A stretch of 63,950 nt of DNA, counting the filler, from Platydemus manokwari (Eukaryota), in the NCBI GenBank assembly GCA_037951405.1. It is 6 parts of 6 records of this genome, joined end to end, with 100 filler letters (N's around TTAATTAATTAA, not from the genome) between each part and the next. Parts side by side here need not be neighbours in the genome. Positions count along the whole stretch, not along the records: positions 54,923 to 63,950 come from JBBMOY011311983.1; 5 more parts are not named here. One strand, 5' to 3'. The notes under the pieces are model-generated. The model was not told where the DNA came from. It did not search any database and worked only from the letters and a program-made list of their open reading frames with translations. Below are positions 62,501-63,950 of the stretch, piece after piece; position 1 is the first letter of the stretch; each line of letters begins with the position of its first letter. The translations under genes and the position numbers were made by a program.

Positions 62501-63950
62501 CCGCAGAAGCCCATCGACACATAATATATAATGATTGTTGGAGTTACTTTTTATTTGAAAAATTATTTAAGAATTTTATTTAAAAATTTCATTAAAATAT
62601 GATTACAAACAAATTTTAATATTATATAACTCACGAAAAATGATTACATTAAAAATGGATCAAAGGACTCTTTTTCTTAACTTAAGCCCAAATTCACCTA
62701 ACATTTTTTCATTTATTTTGTTTCAGTTAAATAAAGCTTTTAGACAAAATTTTTCGTAGAAATAACGTAAATGAGAAAATATGCTACAATTATTAAATTG
62801 TTTGAAAATAATTTCATTGTGCGTTGAATTTTAAATATAGAAAATCGATTAAAAATTGTTTGTCTGCAGTTTGGTGTTGATAATATCTTGAAAAAATCAA
62901 ATTCAAATAAATTAAATTTCTGTTACCGCTAAATTCAATCGATAAGATTACGACTTTGTCGAAAAATTCTTTAATAATTGAGCATTGGAAAAAATTTCTT
63001 CTTTTGAATTATGATAACATAAATATAAATATTAATCAATTAAGATTCCATTTATCGGTCGTAAAAATGCCTACGTCATAATTGTAAAATCATAATATAT
63101 TCTTTCGAAACAATTTGTAATATTTCCAGCTTGTTCCTGGGACAACAATAACTTCGTTATAAGATTATAGTGTTGGATAATCGATGAAAATAATAAATGA
63201 AGGTTGTATTATATCACAATTAACACACAATTTTACCTAAATACAATCCACTAAAACTTGGCACTGGCAATTGACCATCTCGGTCTCGTTATTTATACTA
63301 GTATTTTGTGTGTTTGCACGTGTATCTCATTTTCAATTGATTATTTAGATCATTAAACTTATCGATGATACAGTGTAAGGATTGGTCAATCCATACGTGT
63401 GTCTCCTCGGATGATTATGCTTTTCGTAAAATTATAATTTTTATTTAAGTCAGCTGAGATTCATTGATTGCCAAGCCTGTATGGTTGTGTAGGAATGTCT
63501 TTGCTTAAATTACTAAAACAAGGGTTCAAAGGTACAAAATCGTTTTTCTTTTTCAGGATTTTGTCTTCACTCAACAATAGCGTTTGGAACTAGATCGACA
63601 AAAATCATACTTACACCTACCAGATGAAACGATAATACAACAATCTCATCAAATAAATAATTATTTCTTGGTTTACAACAATTATCAAAATGAAATATAT
63701 TCTTATGAAATGATATGTACATAGATTCAAGATTTTGAGCAAAACAGATGTTTAATTAGTTAAATAATTAATGAAAAAAGGATTAATTATTAATTTTAAA
63801 TTAGAGTTAATTTCTACTGTTAGGTTTGAATTAATATACCGCATTAATAACGGTAACCTGAATTTTTCAGATATTCAATATGCATATTCAACGAGGAAAC
63901 ATTCTTTACCTTCTCTTTAAGATATGTTGAAAATATTAATCAGCGCTATT

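Overview
The window is an artificial concatenation of six unrelated contigs joined by 100-nt linkers (44 N + TTAATTAATTAA + 44 N), so nothing is linked across the linkers. Contig 1 (1-11694) is a gene-dense, prokaryotic-style fragment most consistent with a phiKZ-like jumbo phage of a gammaproteobacterium. It carries a partial thyA, a metallophosphoesterase, tandem paralog arrays (including four genes with an FlbD/SwrD-like small beta domain), a 26-nt promoter-like motif present three times, and stem-loop terminators. Its nrdB is very host-like and is split at AR|DE by a 1012-nt group I (IA2-type) intron. The intron encodes an HNH homing endonuclease whose ribosome-binding site sits in a hairpin with a TATG motif in the loop. 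Contigs 2-6 (11795-63950) are very AT-rich metazoan genomic DNA with GT-AG introns (possibly flatworm; not determinable here). They contain a FERM/FA-domain gene, the last exon of an MFSD1-like transporter, an intronless UBX gene, a tandem cluster of Ly6/uPAR (three-finger) exons, a complete three-exon RED/IK splicing-factor gene, solo-LTR-like repeats, and Tc1/mariner and Merlin transposase relics. All family assignments come from reading motifs by eye; no searches were run.
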